A stretch of DNA of 64,000 nt from a virus. The notes under the pieces are model-generated. The model was not told the origin of the DNA, did no database searches, and worked only from the letters and a program-made list of their open reading frames with translations. Below are positions 19,024-28,990 of the stretch, piece after piece. Positions within the stretch are counted from its first letter, which is position 1; each line of letters starts with the position of its first letter. Location: positions 116,712-180,711 of the IMG/VR virus record IMGVR_UViG_3300029319_000004; one strand, given 5' to 3'. Position numbers and translations under genes: made by a program.

Positions 19024-19764
19024 ATGGGTATTGATTTAACAAAAATGAAGGCAAAGCGCGATGCCTTAGAGAATCGCGACACCGGTAAGACCGTTTTTTG
19101 GCGACCGGAAGATGGTGAACAAACTATCAGGATTCTACCGCCCTCAGATGGAGACCCCTTTAAGGAGTATTGGTTCCATTACAACTTGGGCAAGAATGCT
19201 GGTTTTCTAAGTCCTAAGAAGAACTTTGGCGAAGATGATCCGTTGAACGATTTCATTCGTCAGCTCTTCAAGGATGGCTCTGAAGAGTCGGTCAAGATGG
19301 CTAAGAACCTCTCAGCGCGCCAGCGCTTCTTCTCTCCTGTGATTGTACGTGGAGAGGAAGAAAAAGGGCCGCGGCTGTGGGGTTTTGGCAAGATGGCCTA
19401 CAAGGAGCTTCTGAATCTCGTCCTCAACCCAGAGTATGGTGATATTACTGATGTGACTGAAGGCACTGACCTTGTTATTAATTATGGCAAGCCAGCAGGT
19501 GCACAGTTCCCTCAGACTACTATCACCCCTCGTCGTCGTCCTTCTGTTCTCTCTGAGTCTGAGGACGAGATTCGTACTTGGCTAGACGGTATTCCAGATG
19601 CGGATGAGGTGTTCGAGCGTAAGACGCCTGAGCAGGTTCAATCGATGCTAGATGAATTCTTGCTCGGCGCCGGCGATGCGGAAGAGACCTCAACAGAGGC
19701 TACCCATTACGGTAATTCCACTACGCAAGTTGACAAAGCTTTTGAGGAGCTTCTCGGAACCTAG
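19024..19764 (+). CDS. Single-stranded DNA-binding protein (T4 gp32-like)
   Basis: FWRP..GEQTIRILP, DPF.EYWFHY, R.FSPVIVRGEE..G..LWGFGK, YGDITD..EG.D; acidic tail. Confidence 0.9.
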   Translation: MGIDLTKMKAKRDALENRDTGKTVFWRPEDGEQTIRILPPSDGDPFKEYWFHYNLGKNAGFLSPKKNFGEDDPLNDFIRQLFKDGSEESVKMAKNLSARQRFFSPVIVRGEEEKGPRLWGFGKMAYKELLNLVLNPEYGDITDVTEGTDLVINYGKPAGAQFPQTTITPRRRPSVLSESEDEIRTWLDGIPDADEVFERKTPEQVQSMLDEFLLGAGDAEETSTEATHYGNSTTQVDKAFEELLGT

Positions 19765-19770
19765 CGCATC

Positions 19771-19802
19771 ACCGCAGGGAGGCACGGGTTACAGGTGCCT
19801 CA
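19771..19802 (+). ncRNA. Conserved structured RNA element (H-type pseudoknot candidate), copy 1
   Basis: ACC-GCAGG-GAGGCAC-G-GGT-TACAG-GTGCCTC; near-identical copy at 60580 with compensatory changes. Confidence 0.65.
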
Positions 19803-19830
19803 TTTTTATTTAATACTTCTAGTTATTTGT

Positions 19831-20148
19831 ATGGAAGTGTTGCTTCATGCGCTCGTAACCGCGTCGGTGTTTTTACTAGGTGTAGTAGCCGGTGCTCTAA
19901 TAGAGAATGCAAGAATGAAGTATCTAGATAGATTAAAATATCTTGAAAAAACAACACAAGAAATTCTTTTGCCTCTTGCAAACAAGATAAGTCATATAGA
20001 TGCTAGACAAAATTTTAGGCCTCCAGTGAGAGAAACATGGGTTGATTATGAAAAACTAGACCCAGACGAAACACTGGAGTTGCCTAAAGAATATCTAGAA
20101 CAGTTAAACTCAAGAGGTAAAAATGGCGAAGGCAAAGAAGTTAGGTAA
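19831..20148 (+). CDS. Membrane-anchored hypothetical protein (N-terminal TM helix); same frame as SSB
   Basis: MEVLLHALVTASVFLLGVVAGALIE; no SD; frame open back to the SSB stop codon. Confidence 0.7.
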   Translation: MEVLLHALVTASVFLLGVVAGALIENARMKYLDRLKYLEKTTQEILLPLANKISHIDARQNFRPPVRETWVDYEKLDPDETLELPKEYLEQLNSRGKNGEGKEVR

Positions 20149-21238
20149 GCTAAATTTATCAGAGATGCGCAATCTGATTAATAAAAAAGCTGGTATGGAT
20201 GTTGCGCACAATTTAACACAAGATAATCCAACGGAAGTAAAAGACTGGATCCCAACAGGTTCTAGGTGGCTTGATAGTATTATCTGTCGAGGCAAGCCGG
20301 CAGGAATCCCTGTAGGAAAAGTTGTAGAAATCGCTGGACTTGAAGGATCGGGCAAGTCTTATATGGCTGCTCAAATTGCTGCCAATGCTCAGAACAAAGA
20401 CATTGATGTTATTTATTTTGACTCTGAGTCGGCTATTGATCCTACTTTCTTGAAAAATGCTGGTTGCGATCTTGAGCGGCTGCTCTATGTACAAGCTCAG
20501 AGTGTTGAGTTTGTTTTAGAAACAATCGAGGAACTTTTAGGCTCTAATGACAATAGAATGTTGTTTGTCTGGGATAGTCTAGCTCTGACTCCGGCGATCA
20601 GTGATGTTGATGGAGACTTTAACCCTCAGTCATCAATGGCTATGAAGGCTAGAATTTTAGCTAAAGGTATGTCTAAATTGACTGTTCCGATTGCGAACTC
20701 ACAATCAACTTTCTTAGTTCTTAACCAGCTTAAGACCAACATTCCTCAAGGCCCAGCTGCTCGAATTGAGGCTATGACCACTCCTTATATAACTCCCGGT
20801 GGTAAAGCTATGCATTATGCATATTCTCTAAGAATTTGGCTTACTGGTAGGAAAGCAAAAGCTAGCTATATTCAGGATGATCATGGATTTAGAATTGGCT
20901 CTGAAGTAAAGGTTAAACTTAAAAAGAGTCGCTTTGGTACTGAAGGGCGAGAGTGCACTTTTAAAATTGTTTGGGCTGGCAGTGTTGGCATCCAAGACCA
21001 AGAATCTTGGCTTGAGGCTGTAAAGGGATCTAGTAATATCGTTCAGCGAGGCGCCTGGTATGAGCTAGTGTACGAAGATGGTACAACTGAAAAATTTCAA
21101 GCAGCCAAGTGGCTAGAGAAACTTCAAAGTGAGAAGTTTAAAGATAGGGTTCTTCAAATTATGGATGAAGAAATTATCATGCGCTTTGAGAAAAAAGAAG
21201 GCAATGCTGATGATTTCTACAATGTTGATCCCGAATAA
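20123..21238 (+). CDS. recA: RecA/UvsX recombinase
   Basis: IPTGS..LD, GKVVEIAGLEGSGKS (Walker A), YFDSESA, FVWDS, NQLK, TPGGKAM.Y..S.RI. Confidence 0.97.
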   Translation: MAKAKKLGKLNLSEMRNLINKKAGMDVAHNLTQDNPTEVKDWIPTGSRWLDSIICRGKPAGIPVGKVVEIAGLEGSGKSYMAAQIAANAQNKDIDVIYFDSESAIDPTFLKNAGCDLERLLYVQAQSVEFVLETIEELLGSNDNRMLFVWDSLALTPAISDVDGDFNPQSSMAMKARILAKGMSKLTVPIANSQSTFLVLNQLKTNIPQGPAARIEAMTTPYITPGGKAMHYAYSLRIWLTGRKAKASYIQDDHGFRIGSEVKVKLKKSRFGTEGRECTFKIVWAGSVGIQDQESWLEAVKGSSNIVQRGAWYELVYEDGTTEKFQAAKWLEKLQSEKFKDRVLQIMDEEIIMRFEKKEGNADDFYNVDPE

Positions 21239-21277
21239 ACTCGCTTACTAGCCATCTTTTGTGTCTATAATATAGGC

Positions 21278-21721
21278 ATGCCAACAACGTTACAAAAAAA
21301 TCATACCAATATTGATGGCGTAGATGTAGACTTGTCCAAAAGACAAAAGCGTTTTTTTGAGCTTGCAAGAAATATTGCCCATGGCAGCAGCTACGATAAG
21401 TTGCGCCATGGTGCAGTCCTTGTGCGAGGAGGGTCTGTTATTAATGCAGCTTGCAATAAAGACAAATTCTCTTCTTTTGGGTCTAGGTTTCGCTCTCCTG
21501 ACACGGGTCTAGGAACACACCATGCTGAGCTAGGTTGTGTTTTAGGAATATCTCGTGAGGTGACATCAGGCGCTGATATTTATGTTTGCAGGGTAAATAA
21601 AAAAAATGAGTTTAGACTTAGCAAGCCCTGTCAAATGTGTCATGATATCTTAAAACACGTTGGCGTTAAAAGAGTATATTACACAACTGATAGTGGAAGT
21701 GTAAAAATGTACAAACTTTGA
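21278..21721 (+). CDS. Cytidine/dCMP deaminase-like zinc protein
   Basis: HHAELGCV (HAE) and SKPCQMC (PCxxC); HGAVLV; GVKRVYY. Confidence 0.85.
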   Translation: MPTTLQKNHTNIDGVDVDLSKRQKRFFELARNIAHGSSYDKLRHGAVLVRGGSVINAACNKDKFSSFGSRFRSPDTGLGTHHAELGCVLGISREVTSGADIYVCRVNKKNEFRLSKPCQMCHDILKHVGVKRVYYTTDSGSVKMYKL

Positions 21722-21752
21722 ACTATTTATTAAACTCAAAGGGGAGAGCATT

Positions 21753-22085
21753 ATGGACAGTCTAAAATCAGTTGTTAAAGAATACCTAAGAGACACTCTT
21801 TACGAGGCAGATGTTGTAATGAGAAGTGATCGATCAAAGCGATTGACACTAATTACTGACAACCTTAGAGGGATTTGTGGGATTACAGTATGCACTGTGA
21901 AAGAAGCAGCAAAGAAAGTTTCTAAGACTGTTGAAGTAACGCCTCTTAAAATCAAGTTTCACATGGTTGAGCCAAACATGCAAAGGCAATTAGCTAGGAT
22001 GCAGATAGAGGCTCGAAAAATTGATGGAATATACTCTTTTATCGCGACAAAAGTTGGAAAGGTTAAAAACAGAATTTATCGCTAA
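21753..22085 (+). CDS. Hypothetical protein preceded by late motif
   Basis: ORF with SD GGGGAG; ACTATTTA at 21722. Confidence 0.65.
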   Translation: MDSLKSVVKEYLRDTLYEADVVMRSDRSKRLTLITDNLRGICGITVCTVKEAAKKVSKTVEVTPLKIKFHMVEPNMQRQLARMQIEARKIDGIYSFIATKVGKVKNRIYR

Positions 22086-22097
22086 TAAGAGGTTAGA

Positions 22098-23084
22098 ATG
22101 AAAAACGAAGGACGTATGCTGATTATTGATCAGCTTAACTTATTTTTTCGAAACTATATTGTAAATCCAAGTCTTTCACTTCAGGGCCAGCCTATTGGAG
22201 GCCTCCGTGGTTGCATTCAGAGTTTGCAAAAGCTAGTTCGTGAAACAAATCCTGATATGATTGTTGTTTGCTGGGATGGCGCAGGCGGCTCAAAGAAGAG
22301 AAAGCTTCTACAGAAAGATTACAAAGCAGGCCGAAAGCCTATCCGTCTGAATAGAGCAGTAAAAAACTTGTCGGAACAACAAGAAGTTGAAAATAAAATC
22401 TGGCAACAGATGAGGTTGGTTGATTATTATAATCAATTGCCAGTCCTGCAGTTTATGTTTGATTCAACCGAGGCAGACGACATTATTGCACACATAAGTC
22501 AGGACGCTCGTTTTAAAAACTGGCAGAAAATTATTGTGTCAAGCGATAAAGATTTCTTTCAACTCTTAAACGAGAGCACGGTTTTAATGCGTCCTATTCA
22601 AAAAGAAGTATTAAATAAAAATTCAATCATTGATAAATTTGATATTCATCCGACGAATTTTGCTATGGCCCGTGCGCTAGTAGGCGACAAATCTGATAAT
22701 ATTGAAGGCATCCCAGGCCTAGGTCTAAAAACTGTTGCAAAAAGATTTCCAATATTTAAAGATGAGAAGTCTGTGACTTTTTCTGATCTCATATCTTTTT
22801 GTAAAGAGCGCTTAGAAGATAGCAACATTAAGGCATACAAGAGTGTCCTAGACAATGAAGATGTCATTAGAAACAACTACCATATGATGCAGCTTTACAC
22901 TCCATTAATGTCTATTAACAGCAAAAACCTTGTATATGAAACTTTAGCCAACCCAGATATGTCCTTTAATAAGACAGGGTTAACAAAAATGATGCTCAAA
23001 GATGGATTTGGGGAAATCAACTTTATCGACTTATTTGCACATTGTAAAAAGATTTCTGTGTACAATAAGCAAGATTGTGCTTAA
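22098..23084 (+). CDS. 5'-3' exonuclease / flap endonuclease (Pol I N-terminal or T4 RNase H-like)
   Basis: LIIDQLNLFFR, VVCWDG, YKAGR, EADDIIA, SSDKDFFQL, GDKSDNIEGIPGLG.KT. Confidence 0.95.
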   Translation: MKNEGRMLIIDQLNLFFRNYIVNPSLSLQGQPIGGLRGCIQSLQKLVRETNPDMIVVCWDGAGGSKKRKLLQKDYKAGRKPIRLNRAVKNLSEQQEVENKIWQQMRLVDYYNQLPVLQFMFDSTEADDIIAHISQDARFKNWQKIIVSSDKDFFQLLNESTVLMRPIQKEVLNKNSIIDKFDIHPTNFAMARALVGDKSDNIEGIPGLGLKTVAKRFPIFKDEKSVTFSDLISFCKERLEDSNIKAYKSVLDNEDVIRNNYHMMQLYTPLMSINSKNLVYETLANPDMSFNKTGLTKMMLKDGFGEINFIDLFAHCKKISVYNKQDCA

Positions 23085-23102
23085 AATTGTAGAGAGGTAA
23101 TT

Positions 23103-24467
23103 ATGACAGAATCAATAAGTTTTTCCCGCTATGGAAAACAATTCCAAGAATCACTATCGCAGCTTATTTTACAAGACAGGCCCTTTGCAGATCAGATCGA
23201 GGAAGTGCTAAATGTTAGCTTCTTTGAGCTTAAATATCTTAGAGTGTTTGTATCTTTGATTTATGACTATAGAAATAAATATGGCGTGCATCCAACTGAC
23301 AAGATTATTGCGTCCATACTTCGCACTGAGCTTGACAACCACTCTGATACAACTCAGAAGCAGACCAGAGATTTCTTTGCCAGAGTCTTAATTAAGAATG
23401 TTCAAGATGAGCAATATATTAAAGAAACTAGTTTAGATTTCTGTAAGAAGCAAAAATTAAAAGAAGCACTTATGAAGTCTGTAACTTTGATACAAAGCTC
23501 ATCATACGATGAAGTAAAGCATCTAATTGACGAGGCGCTTAAGCTTGGCACTGATAATAATTTTGGCCATGACCTTATAAAAGACTTTGAGCTTCGTTAT
23601 GAACTGAAGGCACGTGGTCCTATCTCCACTGGATGGGATAAGATAGACAAGATCACTAAAGATGGCCTAGGCATGGGCGAGCTTGGAGTTGTAATTGCAC
23701 CCACAGGCGCAGGAAAATCAATGGCCTTGGCTCATCTTGGTTCTCATGCGGTTAAGAGTGGTAAAAATGTAGTGCATTATACGTTAGAATTAAGCGAGTC
23801 AGTTACAGGGCAAAGATATGACAGCTGTATATCCTCAGTTCCGCTATCTATGCTATTTGGGCACAAAGAAGATGTTCTAGAGGCTATATCTGATATTAAG
23901 GGTTCATTGATTGTTAAAGAGTATCCAACAAAGACAGCAACCACCAATGTAATCAGGGCTCACTTAGAAAAATTAAAAAAACGTAATCAAAAAATTGATA
24001 TGATTATAGTAGATTACGCCGATTTGCTAAGACCCACTACACATTTCAAAGAGAAAAGGAACGAGTTAGAGTCTATTTATGAAAACTTGAGAGCTATAGC
24101 TCAAGAATTTAACTGTCCAGTTTGGACAGCATCTCAAACTAACAGATCAGGACTAAATGCTGAAGTTGTTACAATGGAATCTATTTCGGAGGCTTTTAAC
24201 AAGTGCTTCGTTGCAGACTTTATCTGCTCTATATCTAGAACTAGAAAAGACAAGAATGCGAATACTGGAAGAATGTTCGTTGCAAAAAACAGAAACGGAC
24301 CAGATGGTATGGTATTTCCCTTGTTCATGGATACAAGCAATGTTAGCATTAAGGTATTAGAGCAGACTGATGAGCCAACACAGGCTAGCATGTCTCCTAA
24401 AGAGCTTGGTGATAATTTGAGAGAAAAATACAAAGCTTTTAGAAAAACACGGAAGGAGAATACTTAA
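23103..24467 (+). CDS. dnaB: Replicative DNA helicase (DnaB/gp41-like)
   Basis: ISTGW..ID, APTGAGKS Walker A, HYTLEL, IIVDYADL, WTASQTNR, KNRNGPDG. Confidence 0.95.
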   Translation: MTESISFSRYGKQFQESLSQLILQDRPFADQIEEVLNVSFFELKYLRVFVSLIYDYRNKYGVHPTDKIIASILRTELDNHSDTTQKQTRDFFARVLIKNVQDEQYIKETSLDFCKKQKLKEALMKSVTLIQSSSYDEVKHLIDEALKLGTDNNFGHDLIKDFELRYELKARGPISTGWDKIDKITKDGLGMGELGVVIAPTGAGKSMALAHLGSHAVKSGKNVVHYTLELSESVTGQRYDSCISSVPLSMLFGHKEDVLEAISDIKGSLIVKEYPTKTATTNVIRAHLEKLKKRNQKIDMIIVDYADLLRPTTHFKEKRNELESIYENLRAIAQEFNCPVWTASQTNRSGLNAEVVTMESISEAFNKCFVADFICSISRTRKDKNANTGRMFVAKNRNGPDGMVFPLFMDTSNVSIKVLEQTDEPTQASMSPKELGDNLREKYKAFRKTRKENT

Positions 24468-26323
24468 TGGATGTATCAAATAGAATTTTATCAGATATCA
24501 CAGTTTACATGAAATATGCACGCTACTTGCCCGAGAAACAAAGGAGAGAAACGTGGGACGAGTTAGTAACGCGCAATAAAAAAATGCATATTAAAAAATA
24601 TCCCTCTTTAAAGAAGGAAATTGAAAGCGCGTATAAATATGTTTATGAAAAAAAAGTATTACCGAGCATGCGATCCATGCAATTCGGCGGCAAGCCGATT
24701 GAAGTGGCACCTAACAGGATATACAACTGTGCTTACCTTCCTCTCGATCATGCTCTTGCTTTCAGCGAGTGCATGTTTCTTCTTCTTGGCGGAACTGGTG
24801 TCGGATTTTCTGTACAAAAACACCACGTTGAGAAACTACCTGAGATCCAAGCCCCAAGCACGAAAAGGACTAGACGCTATTTGATAGCTGATTCGATTGA
24901 AGGCTGGGCCGACGCGGTAAAGGTTCTTATGAATTCTTACTTCAAGGGCGGTTCCCGCATTAGATTTGATTTTAGTGATATCCGTCCGAAGGGTGCGAGA
25001 CTACTTACTTCTGGAGGCAAGGCTCCCGGCCCGCAGCCTCTGAAAGAATGTCTTTTAAAGATCAGGGGGATCTTGGATGGCAAAGAGGTTGGCGATCAGC
25101 TCGAAACTATCGAAGTTCATGACATTGTTTGTCATATTGCTGATGCTGTTCTTGCCGGGGGGATCCGTCGCGCTGCTCTTATTTCACTATTCTCGGCCGA
25201 TGATGAAGAAATGCTTGCCGCAAAAACTGGTAACTGGTGGGAAGCAAACCCTCAAAGAGGGAGAGCAAACAACTCTGTTGTCTTGATGCGTCATAGAATC
25301 ACTGAAGAGTATTTCAAGAATATCTGGGAGCGCGTTAGGGCCTCAGGCGCCGGCGAGCCGGGATTCTACTTCTCTAACGATAAAGACTGGGGCACTAATC
25401 CATGTTGTGAGATTGGCCTTAGGCCATATCAGTTTTGTAATCTTGTCGAGATTAACGCGTCAGACCTTTCAAGCCAAGAGGAGTATGAGGATAGAACTCG
25501 TGCAGCAACTTTTATTGCAACACTGCAGGCAGGCTATACAGATTTTCACTATCTAAGAGATGTCTGGCGACGCACTACTGAGAAAGATGCCTTAATTGGT
25601 GTTTCGATGACAGGAATAGCATCAGGCAGAGTTTTAGAACTTGATATGAAGGCTGCTGCGCTTGTTGTCAAAAAAGAAAACAAAAGAGTTGCTAATGAGA
25701 TAGGTATTAAGCCAGCAGCGCGCACCACCTGTGTTAAGCCTGCTGGCACAACCTCACTAACACTGGGTACCTCTTCTGGTATTCATGCTTGGCATAATGA
25801 TCACTATGTTAGAAGAGTGAGGGTGGGGAAAAATGAGTCCATCTATACACATTTACAAATTCATCACCCTGAGCTTATTGAAGATGAGTTTTTCAGGCCA
25901 CATGACACTGCAGTTATATCCGTCCCTCAGCGTGCACCAGATGGCTCTATCACAAGAAACGAATCAGCGCTTGACTTATTAGAAAGGGTGCGTATGGTTT
26001 ATAAAGACTGGGTTAAGTCTGGACACCAAAGGGGACAAAACACACATAACGTTTCGGCCACAATATCAATAAAGGATGAAGAGTGGGATCAAGTTGCAGA
26101 ATGGATGTGGAAACACAGAGACATTTATAATGGTCTTTCCGTGCTGCCATACAGCGATCACACATATAAGCAAGCACCATTTGAGGATTGTGATCGCGAA
26201 ACATATGATAAACTGTATCAACTACTAAATGAAGTTGATATTACAAAAATTGTCGAGTTTGATGATGACACAAACCTTTCTGGAGAGCTGGCATGTGCTG
26301 GCGGCGCTTGTGAGATAAAATAA
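24467..26323 (+). CDS. nrdJ: Class II (B12-dependent) ribonucleotide reductase
   Basis: PSMRSMQFGG, GGTGVGFSV, GGIRRAALI, TNPCCEI, CNL.E, TCVKPAGT, C-terminal ACAGGACEI; no intein seen. Confidence 0.95.
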   Translation: MDVSNRILSDITVYMKYARYLPEKQRRETWDELVTRNKKMHIKKYPSLKKEIESAYKYVYEKKVLPSMRSMQFGGKPIEVAPNRIYNCAYLPLDHALAFSECMFLLLGGTGVGFSVQKHHVEKLPEIQAPSTKRTRRYLIADSIEGWADAVKVLMNSYFKGGSRIRFDFSDIRPKGARLLTSGGKAPGPQPLKECLLKIRGILDGKEVGDQLETIEVHDIVCHIADAVLAGGIRRAALISLFSADDEEMLAAKTGNWWEANPQRGRANNSVVLMRHRITEEYFKNIWERVRASGAGEPGFYFSNDKDWGTNPCCEIGLRPYQFCNLVEINASDLSSQEEYEDRTRAATFIATLQAGYTDFHYLRDVWRRTTEKDALIGVSMTGIASGRVLELDMKAAALVVKKENKRVANEIGIKPAARTTCVKPAGTTSLTLGTSSGIHAWHNDHYVRRVRVGKNESIYTHLQIHHPELIEDEFFRPHDTAVISVPQRAPDGSITRNESALDLLERVRMVYKDWVKSGHQRGQNTHNVSATISIKDEEWDQVAEWMWKHRDIYNGLSVLPYSDHTYKQAPFEDCDRETYDKLYQLLNEVDITKIVEFDDDTNLSGELACAGGACEIK

Positions 26324-26333
26324 GGAGTGAAAA

Positions 26334-26585
26334 ATGAGCGACGAACTTACAAAAGAAGAGTATATTGTTGAGTATATTAAAGCCTTGAAGGCTGTTGAGG
26401 ATGAAATGGAGCCATACAAAGAGCATAAAAGAGACCTTAGAACAAACTATGCTAAGAATGGATGGCTAACTAAGGACGAAATGCGTCAAGCTGTGCGCGC
26501 TTATCGTATGCTCAAAAAAGGAGACGACATCAATGAGTTCGTTGATTACTTTAAAAAGATCAGCGGCAGGGTTTCAGGAGTGTAG
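26334..26585 (+). CDS. Small helical protein, GapR/T4 DsbA-like dsDNA-binding (tentative)
   Basis: YIKAL..VEDEM..YKE.KRDL...Y...G.L.K.E.R.A.R.Y pattern and size (83 aa). Confidence 0.45.
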   Translation: MSDELTKEEYIVEYIKALKAVEDEMEPYKEHKRDLRTNYAKNGWLTKDEMRQAVRAYRMLKKGDDINEFVDYFKKISGRVSGV

Positions 26586-26586
26586 C

Positions 26587-26868
26587 ATGCTTTATCCATT
26601 GAATAAATATTTAGTTGTTAAGCCGATTCAAGATAACGAAAAAGATAACCACTCTACAGTTTTAATCCCTGATGGTGTTGATATTAAGAAGTCGACTTTT
26701 TGCCTAGTTGAGCTAGTTGAGCCGAATGTTAATTCCACTCTGCGTGCTGGGATGAAGCTTGTAACACAAAGCCACCTTCTTGAATCAGCAGAAATTGCTG
26801 GAAATACTTACTATTTATTATTAGAAAATTATGTTGTAGGCTTTCTAGGCGCTTCCGAGGAAAGCTAG
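26587..26868 (+). CDS. groES: GroES-like co-chaperonin
   Basis: MLYPLNKYLVVKP ... TVLIPD mobile-loop position ... YYLLLENYVVG; 93 aa. Confidence 0.7.
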   Translation: MLYPLNKYLVVKPIQDNEKDNHSTVLIPDGVDIKKSTFCLVELVEPNVNSTLRAGMKLVTQSHLLESAEIAGNTYYLLLENYVVGFLGASEES

Positions 26869-26884
26869 AAAGACTGGGTTAAAG

Positions 26885-27586
26885 ATGAAAATAAAATTGT
26901 ATGACGATGATGTTGGGTTTGTAGAGCTTGTTGATCACATGGGGAGTGACTTAACAATAGTTAACTCTGCTAGGGTATCTTTTGGAAAGCATAAAGATGA
27001 GCTTGATCAGAAAGACAAAAAGCTTATTTCTTACTTAGTAAAGCACAGGCATACATCAACATTTGAACACAATGTTGTTACTTTTAGATTGCGTGTGCCT
27101 TTATTTGTCAGATCACAGCATCATCGTCATAGAACTTGGTCGTATAATGAAATCAGCAGAAGATATACTGATGTTGATATTAATTTTTACGAGCCTCAAT
27201 CTTTTCGAAGCCAACATGATACCAACAGGCAAGCTAGTAATTTAGATAGTTTTGATCCATTTATAGATTCAGAAAAAATAACTGGCGGAACTACAGCTAG
27301 CTATCTAGTTAGAAATCATCACAAAAAAAGTTTAGCACTTTACAACAAGCTTCTAGAAAACGGAGTGTGTCGAGAACAAGCTCGTGGAGTTTTACCACAA
27401 AATATGTATACTGAGTATTACGCAACTGTCAATTTAAACAACCTTTTGAAGTTTATAGATTTGCGAACCCATGCAGGAGCACAGGTTGAGATTCAGGACT
27501 TAGCCAATGGCATGCTTCAGATAGCAAGGTCTTTGTGGCCTGTAGCTGTTGATTCATACGCTAAACTAAGGAGAGAGGATAAATGA
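26885..27586 (+). CDS. thyX: FAD-dependent thymidylate synthase
   Basis: RHRTWSYNEISRRY ThyX motif; IVNSARVS; H.S.FEH; REQARGVLP; LR...AQ.EI. Confidence 0.97.
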   Translation: MKIKLYDDDVGFVELVDHMGSDLTIVNSARVSFGKHKDELDQKDKKLISYLVKHRHTSTFEHNVVTFRLRVPLFVRSQHHRHRTWSYNEISRRYTDVDINFYEPQSFRSQHDTNRQASNLDSFDPFIDSEKITGGTTASYLVRNHHKKSLALYNKLLENGVCREQARGVLPQNMYTEYYATVNLNNLLKFIDLRTHAGAQVEIQDLANGMLQIARSLWPVAVDSYAKLRREDK

Positions 27587-28308
27587 ACTTAGTTTCTGCT
27601 TTTACGCTTATTGCTGCGTGTTGTGTTACGCCATCTGATTTTGCATTTAAAAACACTATTCATATTGTAGACAATAGCTACGCCACGTGGCTTAAGCCTC
27701 TGGCTAACCCAGGTGAAAAACATGCCTATATACCCGTTACGTCGTTAGACTCGCCGTTTACCGATGAAGAAATAATCTATGAGGCTATGACTAATTGTAA
27801 AAACGCTAGAAAAAAAATAATTGATCGCAATCTTTTGGAGTCTCTTCTTCAGATTGAAAAGAATTATGGTGTGCCAAATAGTATGAGGGGCATGGTACTG
27901 GCAGCAGCTTGCAGCGAGTCTGGATACAATCCTTTTGCGAGGGGCGATAGAAAGTTTAGCAAGAGTAAAAAGAAGCCTATGGCTATAGGCATGTTTCAGC
28001 TTTGGCCTATTTACGAAAAAATGTATCCCGGTTTAGACAGGACCAATCCGATCAAGTCTGCTGAAGCTTGGCTTGGTCATATTGTGAAAAAGATTCCAAA
28101 AGTCAAAAGGCAGTGCAAGTTTAGAACTGAAAAAAAGATCTGGGTTGCTGCCTGGGTTACAGGCATAAGATATAAAAAAGCTGGAGGTCGCTGTTATGAG
28201 AGACCTCTACACCTTAGAGTTTTGAAAAAGTGGCACAAAAATATCAACAATTATCGAAAAGATGTTTTGAAGTGCAGTGTGAAGGGAAGCGATGGATGCG
28301 GATGCTGA
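27583..28308 (+). CDS. Lytic transglycosylase (SLT-like) with N-terminal signal/anchor
   Basis: LAAACSESGYNPFA catalytic Glu motif; AIGMFQL. Confidence 0.75.
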   Translation: MNLVSAFTLIAACCVTPSDFAFKNTIHIVDNSYATWLKPLANPGEKHAYIPVTSLDSPFTDEEIIYEAMTNCKNARKKIIDRNLLESLLQIEKNYGVPNSMRGMVLAAACSESGYNPFARGDRKFSKSKKKPMAIGMFQLWPIYEKMYPGLDRTNPIKSAEAWLGHIVKKIPKVKRQCKFRTEKKIWVAAWVTGIRYKKAGGRCYERPLHLRVLKKWHKNINNYRKDVLKCSVKGSDGCGC

Positions 28309-28990
28309 TTTTTATTGGCCCGAAATCACCATAGGGAATAGCCTAGATGCAGTACGATTTGCCATTTCAAACAAGAATTACTTACTTTTTAATTGTTTTC
28401 CTTGCATTAATTCTTATGACTTATGCGGGGATATAAATCCTGTCCAAGTTCTATGGTCTGAGGCCAGCTATAGCGCCTACAACATGGGCTTGGTTCCAAT
28501 TCCTAGTCCAGCTCAGTCCATTAGTATTTCTGAGCTTCTGTCTGTACGGACCTCCTCCGGAGGTTACTTTAAGATAAAATATGATAAAATTAATATTTTC
28601 TCTACTGAGGGAATAAAATCTAATTTAATCGATTACCATTCTCAGCTTCTTTACAATAGAGTAGTTGACTGGTTTGATGTAAAAAGTGGCGGGGATATTA
28701 AGTACGAAGGCAATCTTGTAGAGCCTGTTAAACATGTTGTTTCATACCCCAGCAACAGGATTGATGGTAAGCAATATTTTGACTTGTTTAGTGTTTCTCA
28801 CTTAACAGAGCAACAGCTTCTAGATTATAATTTTTCTGATACTTTCATAAAATTTAGAATTGAAAAGCAATCAATAAATAACTTAAAATTACTTTTCTGG
28901 AAAAGAGATGTTATTAGGGTGTCTAAGATAGATCTAGTATCCTCGCAGGAAAACATTTGCTGGCACGTGCCACAGATAGAGAATCAATAA
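28292..28990 (+). CDS. Hypothetical protein
   Basis: 232-aa ORF overlapping the previous gene; weak nucleotide-binding-like start ITIGNSLDAV. Confidence 0.6.
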   Translation: MDADADFYWPEITIGNSLDAVRFAISNKNYLLFNCFPCINSYDLCGDINPVQVLWSEASYSAYNMGLVPIPSPAQSISISELLSVRTSSGGYFKIKYDKINIFSTEGIKSNLIDYHSQLLYNRVVDWFDVKSGGDIKYEGNLVEPVKHVVSYPSNRIDGKQYFDLFSVSHLTEQQLLDYNFSDTFIKFRIEKQSINNLKLLFWKRDVIRVSKIDLVSSQENICWHVPQIENQ

